From NCBI GenBank assembly GCA_964188305.1, contig OZ076890.1: a stretch of DNA of 64,000 nucleotides. One strand, given 5' to 3'. The notes beneath the pieces were generated by a model that worked only from the letters and a program-made list of their open reading frames with translations, did no database searches and was not told where the DNA came from. The position numbers were made by a program, and so were the translations under genes. Positions 23,965 through 36,960 of this stretch are shown here, piece after piece. Positions within the stretch are counted from its first letter, which is position 1. Each line of letters starts with the position of its first letter. Source of the stretch: Podarcis bocagei. Taxonomy: Eukaryota.

Positions 23965-24430
23965 ACATTTGTCCCTATTGAAATTCATTTTGTTAGTTTG
24001 GGATCAGTTCTCCAATCTGTTAAGGTCATGTTGAATCCAGACTCTTGTCTTCTGCAGCATTAGCTACTCCTCCCAGTTTTGCGACATCTGGAAATCTGAT
24101 GAGCATCCCCTCAATTCCTCCATCCAATTCATTTATAAAGTTGCTGAACAACAATGGGCACAGGACAGAATGCTGCAGCGCCCCACTTGTCATGTTTTTC
24201 CAGGCTAATGAGTGAGCGCTCTTTGGGTTCAGTCAGTCAACCAGCTACAAATCCACTTAATAGTTAAATTGTCCAGTCCACATTTTTCCAGCTTCTCCAT
24301 AAGAATACCATGGGAGACTTTGTCAAAAGTCTTACTGGAATCAAGATATACCACACCCACAGCATTCCCCTGATCCACCAACCTTGTAACTATATTAAAA
24401 AGAAAAAAAACATGATATTTGTCTGGCACA
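23965..24430 (-). mobile_element. CR1 LINE RT fragment (host of the L1 insertion; continues at ~21000-21059)
   Basis: Reverse translation LVDQGNAVGVVYLDSSKTFDKVSHGILMEKLEKCGLD...WICSWLTD, the typical CR1 RT motif. Confidence 0.88.
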
Positions 24431-24446
24431 CTGGTCACCCTAGCAT

Positions 24447-24725
24447 AGGTAAAGGTAAAGGGACCCCTGACCATTAGGTCCAGACGTGACTGACTCTGGG
24501 GTTGCGGCGCTCATCTCACTTTATTGGCCGAGGGAGCCGGCACGGAAACACAGTTTACCTTCCTGCCAGAGCGGTACCTATTTATCTACTTGCACTTGGA
24601 TGTGCTTTCGAACTGCTAGGTTGGCAGGAGCAGGGACCGAGCAACGGGAGCGCACTCTGTTGTGGGGATTCGAACCGCCGACCTTCGGATCGGCAAGTCC
24701 TAGGCTCTGTGGTTTAACCCACAGC
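24447..24725 (-). mobile_element. Sauria SINE with internal deletion
   Basis: (AAAGGT)n on the + strand; body matches the 60556 copy apart from a missing ~60-bp central block. Confidence 0.9.
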
Positions 24726-25823
24726 ATACATTTGTTCAAATTCTTTGTGTGAGAGAGAGAAAGAGAAGAAAGAGAGAGTTGTGGTCAGGGTGTGGCTGAC
24801 CAGTTGTATACATGGTTATGGATGCTTATTTTATATTCTCTTTTTACTTTTTTCGGCAGCTTTGGCTTTTCTACAATACAATGATGCTTATTCCCAAGTA
24901 AGAGTTTATTCCCAAGTAAGTGTTTAGCATCAGGGCCTCAGATGCAACCCCTATTTTGTTCCGGTAACAATGATGGTGTTATGATTTTGAGTGAACTTAA
25001 CATGTGAGACCTGCACATGCTCAGAGCATCAATTTATTTATTTGAGTCAGGCTTGGCAAACTGTTTATTGTTATTGTGCTCCTAATGCATCAGGAATGTA
25101 GAAGCAGTTGTAAAAGATGGGATGATAATTTTGTGCTTCACAACTAAAGTAATACACATTATGATTAAGTCCAGGGTCTCAAATGACCTAACTATACAAT
25201 CGAAACCAAGCGCAAGAAGGAGAGGCACAGAATAGGACTGCTCTCAATAGAATAGCAAAAAAGGCAGGTGTGGGAGGACCCCACCACAAACAAAATGGAT
25301 AATTCAGTTGTTAGTACACAGAAATCAAGTACCAAAAAGAGGAAACTGAAACTATCAAACACAATGGGGACATTCTGACAGCTCTGAATAAAAATAGTGA
25401 AGAGACAGCTCATTGAAGATGACAGACTTCTAATAATAGGGAAGGAAAATAGAGAAGCATTTGGGGAAAGTGCAACAACTCACCAGTTCTTTCTCATTTG
25501 CAAATATTCTTCAGGCACAGATGTCTCCATGTCTTCAGTCTGCCAGGATGCAAAAAGAGACTGGGGGCGGGGGCTGCAGATTCATTATCATAAAGAAGTA
25601 CACACATGCAAAGAGCCTATATCAATACAGTTGGATAGAGGATAGAAAGATTATGTGTTTTATAGCGATAGCTATAGAAAGATGGCCTTTCTGCAGTAGA
25701 TGAACAAACACATAAGCTAGACAAATTGCAGATTTTTGAATTCCCATTTGCTCCTAGGTAAGTTTATCTGCAATTGCAGCTTGATTTCTGTCACTGTTGC
25801 AGGAAACAACATCTGAATGGAAC

Positions 25824-26161
25824 CAGCGTCATAGCCAGCCGCTCAGGTCCTTAAAGTGGGTGTGTGCTGCAGTTGGGGGCAGAGCGAGCCACCCATGGGG
25901 TGGGGCAATCTGCCCGTGGGGGCGGGACAAGCCGCTCCAACACTTAGAGCATCTCCACTGCCTCCCCCTAAGCTGTAGGGCGGCTGAGGGAGAGGCAGTA
26001 GGCAGGCGCAAGTCCCACACTGCTGTTTCAGGCAGCGCAGAACCTGCAGACGCCTAAGCTACCACATCACTCCTAAAAAGTTTTGTGAGCCCAATTTTTT
26101 TAAAAAAACTCATTTTGTCATGGCACCCGGGGCGGGCCGCAGCCCCCTTCCTCCACCACTG
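25824..26161. mobile_element. hAT non-autonomous element with GC-rich interior
   Basis: Exact 8-bp TSD AATGGAAC (25816-25823, 26162-26169); degenerate CAG...CCACTG termini. Confidence 0.7.
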
Positions 26162-26179
26162 AATGGAACCTTACATATA

Positions 26180-26430
26180 CAGTCGTACCTTAGTTTTCAA
26201 ACAGCTTAGGTTCTCACATGTTTTGGCTCCCAAATGCCACAAACTCAGAAATGAGTGTTCCGGTTTATGAACTATTTTTGGAAGCTGAACGTCCGATGGG
26301 GCTTCTGTGGCTTCCTATTGGCTGCAGGAGCTTCCAGCAGCCAATCAAAAGCTGCACTTTGGTTTCCAAACGTTTTGGAAGTGGAACGGACTTCCAGAAC
26401 GGACTCCATTCAACTTCCAAGGTACGACTG
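26180..26430. mobile_element. Tc1/pogo-like MITE
   Basis: TIRs CAGTCGTACCTT / AAGGTACGACTG with TA flanks. Confidence 0.88.
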
Positions 26431-26537
26431 TACTGACTTGGGCATTGCTGAAAAAGAGGAAATGCACCACTGGAAAGAGGTCAAAAAGAGAGCCCAAATT
26501 TGGATAAAGTTTGCATTTGTGAATTTATATGTATGTA

Positions 26538-26744
26538 CAGTGGAACCTTGGGTTATGGACGGGATCCGTTCCAGAGGTCCATCCATAACACGGAACTGAT
26601 GTTCCGTGCGTGACGCGATTTAGCGCTTCTGCACATGCACGAGCGACGAAACCCAGAAGTAACCCATTCTGGTACTTCCAGGTTGCCTTGGAACGCAACA
26701 TGAAAACATGTAACCTAGAGCGGCCGCAACCTGAGGTATGACTG
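26538..26744. mobile_element. Tc1/pogo-like MITE (imperfect TIRs)
   Basis: TA-CAGTGGAACCTTGGGTT ... AACCTGAGGTATGACTG-TA. Confidence 0.75.
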
Positions 26745-26784
26745 TATACAAATTTCGAAGGGGGAAAAACTGCTATAATTTAAA

Positions 26785-27122
26785 TGTTTGTGTTACTGTG
26801 TTCCGTGAAGTGGAACTATTGTCCTTTGTTCTTTTTCTCTTTGCTGTCTGAAGCTAGAGAGGGAGCCATATTGCAGTGCTCTCTGTGTGTTTATATGTAA
26901 ATAAAGTAGATTAGCCCAAATGCTGAGTTGCTGAGGTCTGTTACGCAACTGCGCAGACTCTGCGGATCCCTAAGTGTGCCGGTGTCTGTTGGCATCGGTC
27001 GCTGTGATGTTTGGGCAGAAGAAAGATTTTGAAGCTCCCGATCGACCAGGAGGGAGAGAACATGCCAGTCGGCCATGTGTCTCTGCCAGGATCCTACTCG
27101 AGTGTAGGCTGAACTCCTGACA
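26785..27122 (+). mobile_element. LTR 3' portion (5' boundary uncertain)
   Basis: TATATGTAAATAAAG poly(A) signal, CpG-rich U5-like segment ending CTGACA; no matching TSD found. Confidence 0.5.
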
Positions 27123-28114
27123 GGGACGACTAATGTCCTACAGGACAAGTAGCTCACCTCCCCCATAATTGAATAATCAGTTGGGAAATGGCAGTCTGAA
27201 GAATGAACTCCATCAAAATCAATAGACTACATGAAATAAAATAGGTTTTTGGATAGGAGCATTAATGTGAAACAGATTGTTTCTCTTTCAGAAATTCAAC
27301 ATGCTTCCACCTTGCCCAAGAAAAGTGTCCTGGTGATTGGGTAGTAATGGGCATAAAGGGTGGGATTTTTCCCCCAAGGGTGGCCACATCACTGCCTCCC
27401 TCTTAATTCTACTTAGAAATTATATGGCCTTAAAACTGGGCTGGGCTGGAGATAACATGCCAGGGATAAAACCTTCTGAAATGAAACCGCAGTCACCATG
27501 CCTTCTCTCTTGCAAGGGAGTGCTAAAATATCTATCTGACTCCAAATGAACATAATTTATGGACATATTCAGCAGTTTCTCTCTGAGTAGCTAGGTATTT
27601 CAGCCAACTGGATGAAAAATTGGTATTGAATATCTTTTATTACTTCATTGGCCTTTGCAAAGTAGTGATTTAGTCCTAAATTGGATGGCTGACTCTGCAC
27701 AGCAGAATATTTCATTCTTCCGAATGCAGGAAGGGAGCTAAAATATTGCTCGCTCCCTCCTTTTCCCCCCACTTTCAGGCAGAAAGAGCAATACATTCAG
27801 GAATTGCACCTGCTCCTTCCAGATGTTACACGAATTCATGTTGGGGGAGGGGGAAAGTGAATTGCAGCCACCACCACCCTCCATGTGTTTGTTTGTTTCT
27901 TTATAGCCAACCTTTTCACTCATAAAAGGTGCCTTACAACTAGGGATGGGCGCTGAATGTGACAGTGACAGTTTTCTTGCGGCTTCCCATTTTTCCTGTA
28001 TTCAGTTCACTTCTCCACATTTCGACATCACTTTGTGAAAAAGTTTAAGCTGTGAGAATTCGTCATTTGAGTGCAAATTGTGCATATTTCCCTATGCAAT
28101 GTTGCCTAATATAT

Positions 28115-28595
28115 TGTTACACGCCACCCCAGTTTCAGCAGAAAGACTCCAGAGGTTCCCCTGCTTTCTGAGGGTTCAGTCTCCTTGGAATGAAGAACAG
28201 CAGAAGGCATGATGTCTTCAGGATATATGGTTTTAGTTACACATACTGCATATGCAACCTCTGCCTGGGAGGGGTTCCTTGCATCAACACCCCAAAAGAT
28301 ATTGCTTCCCCAATAGTCGCAGCTTTGGCTCCAGCACAGAGCAAGCAAGTCTCTGTGTCTCCAGCTTCCAGCTCAGCTCACTCCCCAAATTCAGGCTATT
28401 GTTCTCCTACCTAGCAGCTAGATGGCAGAGGGGAGCACACATTTGTACTATGGCACAGAGCAACTCATTTGGTTATGCTAATGATGGGGCTTAACTGGTC
28501 AACCAAAGCCATTACCTAGACAAAGGAATGGGATTGGCAAGCTTGGCCTCAGACAGTTCTACACACCCACACCTACGGACCACTTAAACATCAAC
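28115..28595 (-). mobile_element. Solo LTR, family B-related (far boundary uncertain)
   Basis: Starts TGTTACACGCCACCCC and shares GTCTTxAGGATATATGG...ACACATA...CAACCT with 17753 and 38716. Confidence 0.55.
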
Positions 28596-31500
28596 AAAAA
28601 AGAGGGTGAAAAGAAAACCATGGACTGCATCCAATGCTGTGCAGCAGGGCCTCTCCTCTCCTCTCCTCCCCCAAATCTGCTCCAGAGAAGATTTTGGAGA
28701 AGATTTTGAGGGTGCCTGGAGGGTGCCTGGAGGGCTGCAGGAGATAAGAGAGGAGGGGAATGTCCCACGGTGCAAGCAAAACATCTGTCATCTCAAGAGA
28801 ACAGCAGCATTGGAAACAACCCAGAGATTGGCAAGGAATTTGCAAATGCTAATTTACAGACATCGGTGGAAATTTAGAAAGAATGACTATAATTTAAATA
28901 GAAATACAGTACCTCTCACTGTGAGCAGGTGGCTTGTCTGAGGTCCAGCTGTGACTCCAAAACTCCTGCTCCTCCCGCTTAGGGACCTCTGTCTTTAAAC
29001 CAGATTTGGACTAGACAGCTCCAAGCTACACAAAGCAGTGCAGGGCCCCACACAAAGCAGCTTGGGGAGAGGTGTGTGAGAAGGATACCATGCGCCCTTC
29101 AATTCCAGCCTTGCCCTCAAGGGGCTAGGATCAAAGAGCACATGGCTCCTCATGCCACCCTTCCCAAAGCACTTTGTGAGGCTGGGGATTTGATCAGGAA
29201 GGGTGGGCTGAGCAGCGCATCCCCCAGGAAAATGTGCCCGGGGCAATCGCCCTGGCAGCACCCCCAACACACACACTACGGCCCTGCACAGCACCACCCT
29301 AACCAGAAGAACCTCTCTGCACAATTTAATGTGTGGTCAGAGGTGCCATTGTTACCAGCTTCCAGCATAATGATTTCTTTGCCTACCTTTCAGAAGGAAG
29401 GGTATATTAATCAGATTCCCAGACTCGTTACATTTTCCCACAGGCATGCTAAAAGAATAACGGCAGAAATCCTTTCTGGTGCGGGCGAGAGGGGGGGAAA
29501 TCATTTAGTATGCGATAGATTTCTGTGGGTTAGATTATATTAAGCGTCCTCTGTTTATCATCCAAACTGTCTTATTAATATTGACACTCTGCAAGAGTTA
29601 TGTCTGTGAAGCTATAAACTGCAGATATCCCGGCAAATTATGTATTGCTGAGCCATATAATTAATTGTCATTCTCAGGGCAGAAGACCACGCTGGCTATT
29701 TAAATCCAATTTCACATTAAGGCGAAGAGCGTTAATTGCTGCTCCATAACCCTTGGCAGGGAGTGAAGGGAAGAAGATATATGTATTTTGGAAATCACCC
29801 AGCGAGCTTGTGATCAATATAAATCTAATGGGCCTCTCTACAGCTCCGAGAAAATTAATTTTAAGACTTTATGCAGCATTCCAGGATTTCCTCCAAATCT
29901 ATAGCCAACTTATAATTTATTCTGGCAATGTCACCCAAGATAGAGAACTTCTTGTTAAAAGCTTTGGAAAGGACAAGGGGAGAAAAAAGAAATTATAGTT
30001 CAGTAATACAAACTGTCTGGCTCCTGATCTATTATTTATTTTATTTTTATTTAAAGGAACTTTCATACTGCTTAATAGTAAAAACCTCTGAGCAAAATTC
30101 ATAAAATAAGAGACACATTAAAATAATTGATAAAAGGGAGAGTTAAAAACTTACATATATATATTTACAAAGTATAAATGAACTCAGTTAAAATATGCAT
30201 TATAAAATAATATCACATATTAAAATACAAGTCAGCTTTACATATCTGGGCTGGCTTGTCTAAACAAAAAGGGTTTTAGCAGCCACCAAAAACAGTACAG
30301 CGAAGGTGACTGCCTAAATTATTGATTCCTTACGAGTCCATTTAAAATATGTAAAGCTAAGCATGCAAACAGAACGTTTAACTTCTTTATTATTATTTTT
30401 AAATGCCATTTTAAAAAAAAGTTTAATGTTTTTAGGGCTACAATCTTCACAGCACAATCCTGCACATGTCTACTCTGAAGCAGGGGCACTTCCAACCATT
30501 TGCAGCATATTTGCAGTGTCCCAGGCACTCTTTTTGGGAGGGGGGCAGTGTTGGTGGAATCTGCACAACATCATGTATGACTTGTATGCCTCCAAAACTT
30601 CCCTGCTTGTTAGTGTAGATTTTCTCTTACCAGGAAAAAGTCTGGTCAGTATTAAAGACTAGATGCAAAAAAAACTCCAAAGGCGTGGCTGTACAAAGTG
30701 GTACTATTCAATTTTTGGAGACTGTTTGTTTCTTACGGGTTATGTGACATTTCTCGGGCCTGTGGCCAAAGTAAAGAAGGAATCGTAAGGGTTGGCTTCA
30801 CAGGGCTTTTCAAAAGGTGAGCCTTCTTGTGTTTATACCCTGCTTGCTGGCTTCCCATAGGGATCTGGTGGGTCACCTGCAGAGACAGGATGCTGAAGCA
30901 GGCAGACCCTTGGTCTCACCCAGCAGGGCTTTCCTTATCTTTGAAACAACAAAAAGATGCAAATAAAAAACACCTTAGTGCTAAGTAAATAATTTTTTTT
31001 CCCCACCATGGCTGTTCAGTGTTCTGTTTTGTTTTAATGTTGTCATAGCAGGTGCTGATGGGTTCATTGTCTGTGGATATCACTTACTCTTCATAAAAGG
31101 TTGCCTGCCTGTGACAATTTTGCCTGAGCAATGACTGCAAGATCGAATCCCCGGAGTTCTGCCCGTCTGTCCAGTTACTATTTTGGACTCCGTTCTTGGA
31201 TCAAATGACTGAGGTGCAAATTGGATGTAAAAACAATTTATACCCACCACCCACCCAGTCAAAATACATATATCTTCTTCCCTTCACTCCCTGTTAGACA
31301 TGCAGCCTTGTGCAGATAGTTGTTTATTTTCACAATAGGGTATCATCTTACTGTTTCCTTCTTCCCCTCCTCTCTCTTCCCCCAAAGAAGCATGTTGAGT
31401 CTGGAAATAGAACTTGTCAGCTATGAAAATTTGATGCAGCTTTGACAAGCTGTCTCCCTTCCTGAGTGCTTGGTTAAAATAGGTTGGTGACTGGGAGAGC

Positions 31501-31783
31501 AAAGGATGTTTGAATGTGTGCGTCTCTTGGGAGTGAGTCAGGTAACAGCACGTCAATTGAGACTGAAGAACTACTGCCTTTTCGAGATCCTAGTCCAATC
31601 TTCTAATCTAGCCCTCCCTAACCTTGGACCTTGCAGACATTTTGGATTAAAACTCCCACCATCCCTGATCACTAGCCATGTTGTCTCGAGCTGATGGGAG
31701 TTGTAGTCCGAAATGTTTGAACACCAGGCTGAGGAAGATTGCTCTAACCACAAGTGCACAAACTTATACTGGTCCACTCAGTA

Positions 31784-32017
31784 CAGTGGTACTTTGGGTT
31801 AAGAACTTAATTCGTTCCGGAGGTCCGTTCTTAACCTGAAACTGTTCTTAACCTGAGGTACCACTTTAGCTAATGTGGCCTCCCGCTGCCGCCACCGCGC
31901 CATTTCTGTTCTCATCTTGAGGTAAAGTTCTTAACCCGAGGTACTATTTCTGGGTTAGCAGAGTCTGTAACCTGAAGCATCTGTAACCTGAAGCGTCTGT
32001 AACCCGAGGTACCACTG
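31784..32017. mobile_element. Tc1/pogo-like MITE (same family as 8846, opposite orientation)
   Basis: TA-CAGTGGTAC...GTACCACTG-TA; interior is the reverse complement of 8846-9087. Confidence 0.92.
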
Positions 32018-32079
32018 TACTAACTTTGGTAAGAAGGTACACCATGGTGCGCTTTGGGCCCCTTGTTGCCTTCCTTTCT

Positions 32080-32382
32080 CATAACACCAGAATGCATAGA
32101 CATCGGATGAAGATGCATGTTGAAAAATTCAGGACAGATAAAAAAAAATACTTCTTGATGCAGCACACAGTTAAACTATGGAACTTGCTCCCAGGGGAGG
32201 CAATGATAGCCACCAACTTGGATGGCTTTAAAACAGAATTAGACAAATTCACAGAGGACAAGACTATCATGGCTACTAGCTATGGTGGATATGTTCTACC
32301 TCCACTGTCAGAGGCAAAATGCTTCTGCATGCTAGTTGCTGGAATTACAGGTGGGCAAGGTGCTGCTGCACTCATGTCCTGA
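32080..32382 (+). mobile_element. CR1 LINE 3' fragment
   Basis: Translates to FRTDKKKYFLMQHTVKLWNLLP...NLDGFKTELDKF, the CR1 ORF2 C-terminus. Confidence 0.85.
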
Positions 32383-32439
32383 CTTAACGGCCATAGAAAG
32401 AGCTACAGAAGCTCCTCCTCCTTGACCTCTTGACATAAC

Positions 32440-32730
32440 AATCAAAGACCTATCTAGACCAGCATTCTTTTTCCCACTGTGGCCAACTAACTGTTGGAGG
32501 GAAAGCCCAGATGCAAGACATGATGCCCTCTCCAGCTGTTGTTCCCCAGAAACTGATATTCAGAGGCCTCTGATCCTGGAGGTGACATATTGTCATAATG
32601 ACTAATATCCATTGATAGCCTTATCTTCCGTGAATTTGTCCAATCCCTTTGAAAAGCATCCCAGGTGGTGACTGTCACCACTTCTTAGTGCATCAAATGA
32701 CACGGTTTCACTATGGGCTGCTTGAAGTAG
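32440..32730 (-). mobile_element. CR1 LINE 3' fragment
   Basis: Reverse translation ...FSKGLDKFTEDKAINGY plus the CR1 3' UTR. Confidence 0.75.
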
Positions 32731-34508
32731 TCTTTCCTCTGTTCCCAGCAAGTGGCATTCAGAGGATTCTGGCTCCTTGTCTCTGGGGCTCTCGCACAAG
32801 ACAGGAGTGCTCACACTGCCTGTTTTCACTGCTCCCCAGTTCTCTGAGCCAAGCTGTTCCCCAGAAATGTTACCTTTTAACCAGAGATACTTCTGGGGCT
32901 GGGGAAAGTGGGAGCAAACAGCACACTGGCTCCCAGCTCAGGTCTGAGGCAAATCAGGACCCTGGACAGCTCCCAGCTGAGTTTGGCTTGTCTGAAGCCT
33001 TTAAAAAGTCTGCAGTGGCTCCATCCCTATGAGAGAGCTGCTTGCCGTATTGAAAACATCTGTAGCCCCTTTTGCAGGCTGCAAGGTTGTGGAGCAGAAG
33101 AGGTTGCAGTGGAATCAGATTCTGAAGATGAAGGGAGAGCGCCAATTTCAGGCCACAGCAATGCAAAAATGGTGGGTGCTAAGAGCCCACCTCAGGCCAA
33201 CAGTAGAACTCTGAGGCACAGGCATGACAGATACCTATAAAGAAACCCAGGGCTAACTACACAGAAGCATATTCTCTAGCCACTGAGCCATGGCCCCTCC
33301 CCTATTCATCAAAACAAAAATCAATACTGCAGAGCAAACAAAAAATCTCAATGCATAAAATAATAATGGCAGCTTTTCTGAATTAAGAGCACTCTAATTC
33401 ATGAATAAACATTATTTGGAAAGCCTTCTAGGTGGGAGTCTGTGTGCCTGTTTATCAGCTCCAGTAATCGTTCCAAAACCTCCATTATTTTCTTGCCTTA
33501 TTGACATTTGGCAAAGGATTGCAGCTTTATTCAACATCTTTTGTCATAATTAATAATCTGAAAAGTCACGAAAAAGCCCTGTGGATCTCCATGAACAAAG
33601 GCCACCTGGAGAATATGAGGCATTTTTCTAAATGGGTCTGTTAGGTTTCAAGGGGGGTCGCAGGTCAGAGTGAAGGAATGAATGAGTCATTATAGCTGCT
33701 CCTGAATCCATTGGCAATATGCCTAGAGTCAAAGAAATGAGTGCATCTTTAACATGTCATCCCTCACTTGGCGATAATTCTTTGACAGCTCACTTGACTT
33801 TCTAGTTCAATAGGTGGACATTAATTAATGGTCTCATACATATTCATAATTGTTGGGTAAATGCAGGGACCCAGCTGTAGGAGGCTGATGACAATGGAGC
33901 AAATGAGTTTGTCTAAATGTGCATTGAGCTGTGTGAGCATGATTGATGGCAAATGAAGAATGGAACATGACTTTATTAAATGATTAATCTGCAGTGAATG
34001 GTAAATTAGCATGAAGGCCATAAGATCCCTACTCCAACATTCATAGCAAGGAGCAGGGAAGGGCTGCTGCTAACTTGATAATGAAGCGTGATCATAGAAC
34101 ACAATGCAAACGGAAGACATAGAAAAATCTCAGTGGCTTGTCCTCTGCATACCTGGGAGACTGCCTCCTCCATCACAATTGTGTTAACCGAGAGCATCCT
34201 TAATCTTGTCTATATCAGCTTGTGGTGATCCCAGAAACAAGCCTTTTCACTGCTGGCATCAGTGTTACGGAATGTATTCCTTACTGAAACATGAGAGATG
34301 TCATCTTTATTGCTATTCTGCCAGCTTTTGAAGGCACAGTTTGATCTCTCAACCTGAAGCTCCTGTTTTAATTACAGTGTTGTCTTGATGCGAGTGCATT
34401 ATTGCATATTTTAATTATGGATATGCATGTTTTAATGCTTATGGAATTTGTTTTATATTTGTAAATGGCTCAAAAGCCTATTTTTGCAGTAAACAGTGTA
34501 GGCATTTG

Positions 34509-34697
34509 CACTGGCAGAGGAAGAGGAGTTCAGGGGGAACGCACCGCCCCCAGCAGCGCAGTGGGGTGCCATTGCGGCTGCCCCACCCACGCTGGGTGCC
34601 ACGCCCTGCAGACGGCACACCCCACCCCGAGACTCGCGCCAGCCCCAGCCCCACCTGCTCTCCACCCCCCGGTGCTGGAGCATGAACTCCGCCACTG
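34509..34697. mobile_element. hAT non-autonomous element with GC-rich interior
   Basis: Termini CACTGGCAGAG / CTCCGCCACTG; exact 8-bp TSD GGCATTTG (34501-34508, 34698-34705). Confidence 0.85.
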
Positions 34698-34787
34698 GGC
34701 ATTTGATGATAACCACCACCATCTCAATGGTTTCCACATAGCTGTATTATTACGCAAGCCCCAATCCTGCAGAAATAGCATTAAAAG

Positions 34788-34927
34788 CAGTGCTTTTTTC
34801 TGGGGCTACACAGGGGTACGCATACTCCTAAACATTTTGTGACTCTTAGCCTCCTTGAGGGGCAGTGTTTCAATATGAGTAGGATAATGGGAGTACCCCT
34901 AAAAATTTTTTTTAGAAAAAAGCACTG
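34788..34927. mobile_element. hAT MITE (same family as 14880)
   Basis: TIRs CAGTGCTTTTTT/AAAAAAGCACTG; TSD ATTAAAAG/ATTATAAG. Confidence 0.88.
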
Positions 34928-35881
34928 ATTATAAGTATTCAAATGTAATGGAAAGGAGGAAATGGAGAAAAGCAACAGGAGGGGTAAAGTGTGCTCTGGT
35001 TCTGATGTGGGGTAGCAAAGCAGTGCATAATGTTCAAAGAGATTAATAAAACATATATGTTCCCAAGTGCTGGAGCAGTCTTGGAGCAGGAGGAGTCTTG
35101 CTTCACTTCTCCACTGAAAAGAACAACAACAACAAAATGTTGCAGGGGAGTTTTATGTCTATCTACTCATGTCTACCTATGTCTATCTACTGTGTACTAT
35201 TTTCAGTGGCACTTACTCCCAAGTAAACATGTATAAGATTGCAAGCAAAACTTTCTTCTTAAAAAGGGGAGGGGGGACCTACCAAGGCCAACATTTTTTC
35301 CTGGACTTCCAGACATAATACTGGAGAGTGGTCTGACAAAATGATATTATTTCCAACTCTGTTTAAAGCGGGGTGGGGCATGGGAAAGATTAGGTGGATT
35401 GTTGAGCCGCAGCTGTATGTTTTGAAATGTACTGTTGTTCTTTTCCGCTTTTTCTGCTTTTGCTTATAAGCTGTTTTGGATGGGCATTTGCCCAGAAAAG
35501 CACTCTTAAAATATTTTAAATGAACTTCCTGGATAATTCATACCTTTGCAACATTGACATTATAGGTACTTTTCAGAGGATGCCTACATCATTTACATCT
35601 AAATTTTCTTAAGCGAGCCAAAATTTTATCCAGTTTGAATGTTGGGGTGACATTTTGTTTAGCAGATGGCATGCCTGAAACTCAGTTCTCCTCCATCTCT
35701 TCTAGCTAATCACCCTATCAAATGATCACCATAATCGTGAAACTTCATTATAGGACCTCTGCTACCTCCAGTTACAGTGCAAACAGCACTGCACAACTTG
35801 GAAGAGAGATGTCCCCCTGCATACAAAAGAACTGCAAGTGCAATATCATCTCTCAAAAAAGGAAATGTCTACACTGTGGAA

Positions 35882-35883
<2 letters not shown>

Positions 35884-35924
<41 letters not shown>
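35884..35924. repeat. (AGAC)n microsatellite
   Basis: Direct reading of the sequence. Confidence 0.95.
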
Positions 35925-36632
35925 TATATCTAGTGCTTCTTTCCCTAGAAAAATAGGTGCTGGTATTCACCATGAAGTTGTTACAGTAAAAAGTGCCACA
36001 CTTTTTAACAAAACAAAACAAAAACAAAAATAGGTCTGGTACTGCGTACCATTAAGTACCCCCTGGAAATATATGACTGTATATATCATTTGTATATCTA
36101 TAGGCAGACAGGTGTGTGTGTGTGTGTGTGTGTGTTTCCACCTAAGGTCTGAACATTTTTCTTGATTTTATTCTTTTATCTTTTTCTAAACCATTTTGAG
36201 GTTGTTGTTTTTTTTAAAAAAAATCAAGCGGTGTATAAATTTTATGAAGTAAATAAATAAGGGTCGCTCCATATTGGTCTTTTACCGCGACTGTATTCTG
36301 CAGCATGTTCTTGACACAATGCCAGTGCACTGGTGACAGATTTGTTCTGCTCTTCTTGTTTGTTCTGCGATGCTTCCCCAATGCTACCACACGTTATTGC
36401 TGTCTGTAGGGGCTACAGCACAACAGAAGCAGAGCAAAAATAAACCAGAACATTTGTGGTTACAGCGTTTCAGTTCTGGGATGTGCACTGATTGGAAAGG
36501 AAGCCATCTGACCACCCCCAAAACTTTGCAGGTGCAAACTGTAGTGGAAGCAGGGTCATGTTTGACCACACAGAAAAGCATCATGAGCACAAAGTATCAG
36601 GAACACAAAATGGGGAAAAAATATGTCTAGAG

Positions 36633-36815
36633 CAGGGGTCAGCAACCTTTTCCAGCCGTGGGCCAGTCCACCATCCCTCAGACCATGTGGTCTGCCAGAC
36701 TATATTTGGGGGGGGGGAATGAAAGAATTCTACTGATTCCCAGACCATCCGCGGGCCAGATTTAGAAGGCGATTGGGCAAGATCCAGTCCCTGTGCCTTA
36801 GTTTGCCTACCCCCA
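36633..36815. mobile_element. hAT (Charlie/Buster-like) MITE
   Basis: CAGGGGTCAGCAA...TTGCCTACCCCCA termini; exact TSD GTCTAGAG (36625-36632, 36816-36823). Confidence 0.88.
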
Positions 36816-36960
36816 GTCTAGAGGGACCCAAAGCTGCTCACAGTGTGCAATGCCGGCCAACACAGTTACAAATGTCACTGACATCTGAGTGCACCTTAAG
36901 GCACGGGTGGTTTAAAAACCATTATGAGCCCACCCAGCTTCATCAAAAGATGGCAAGAAG

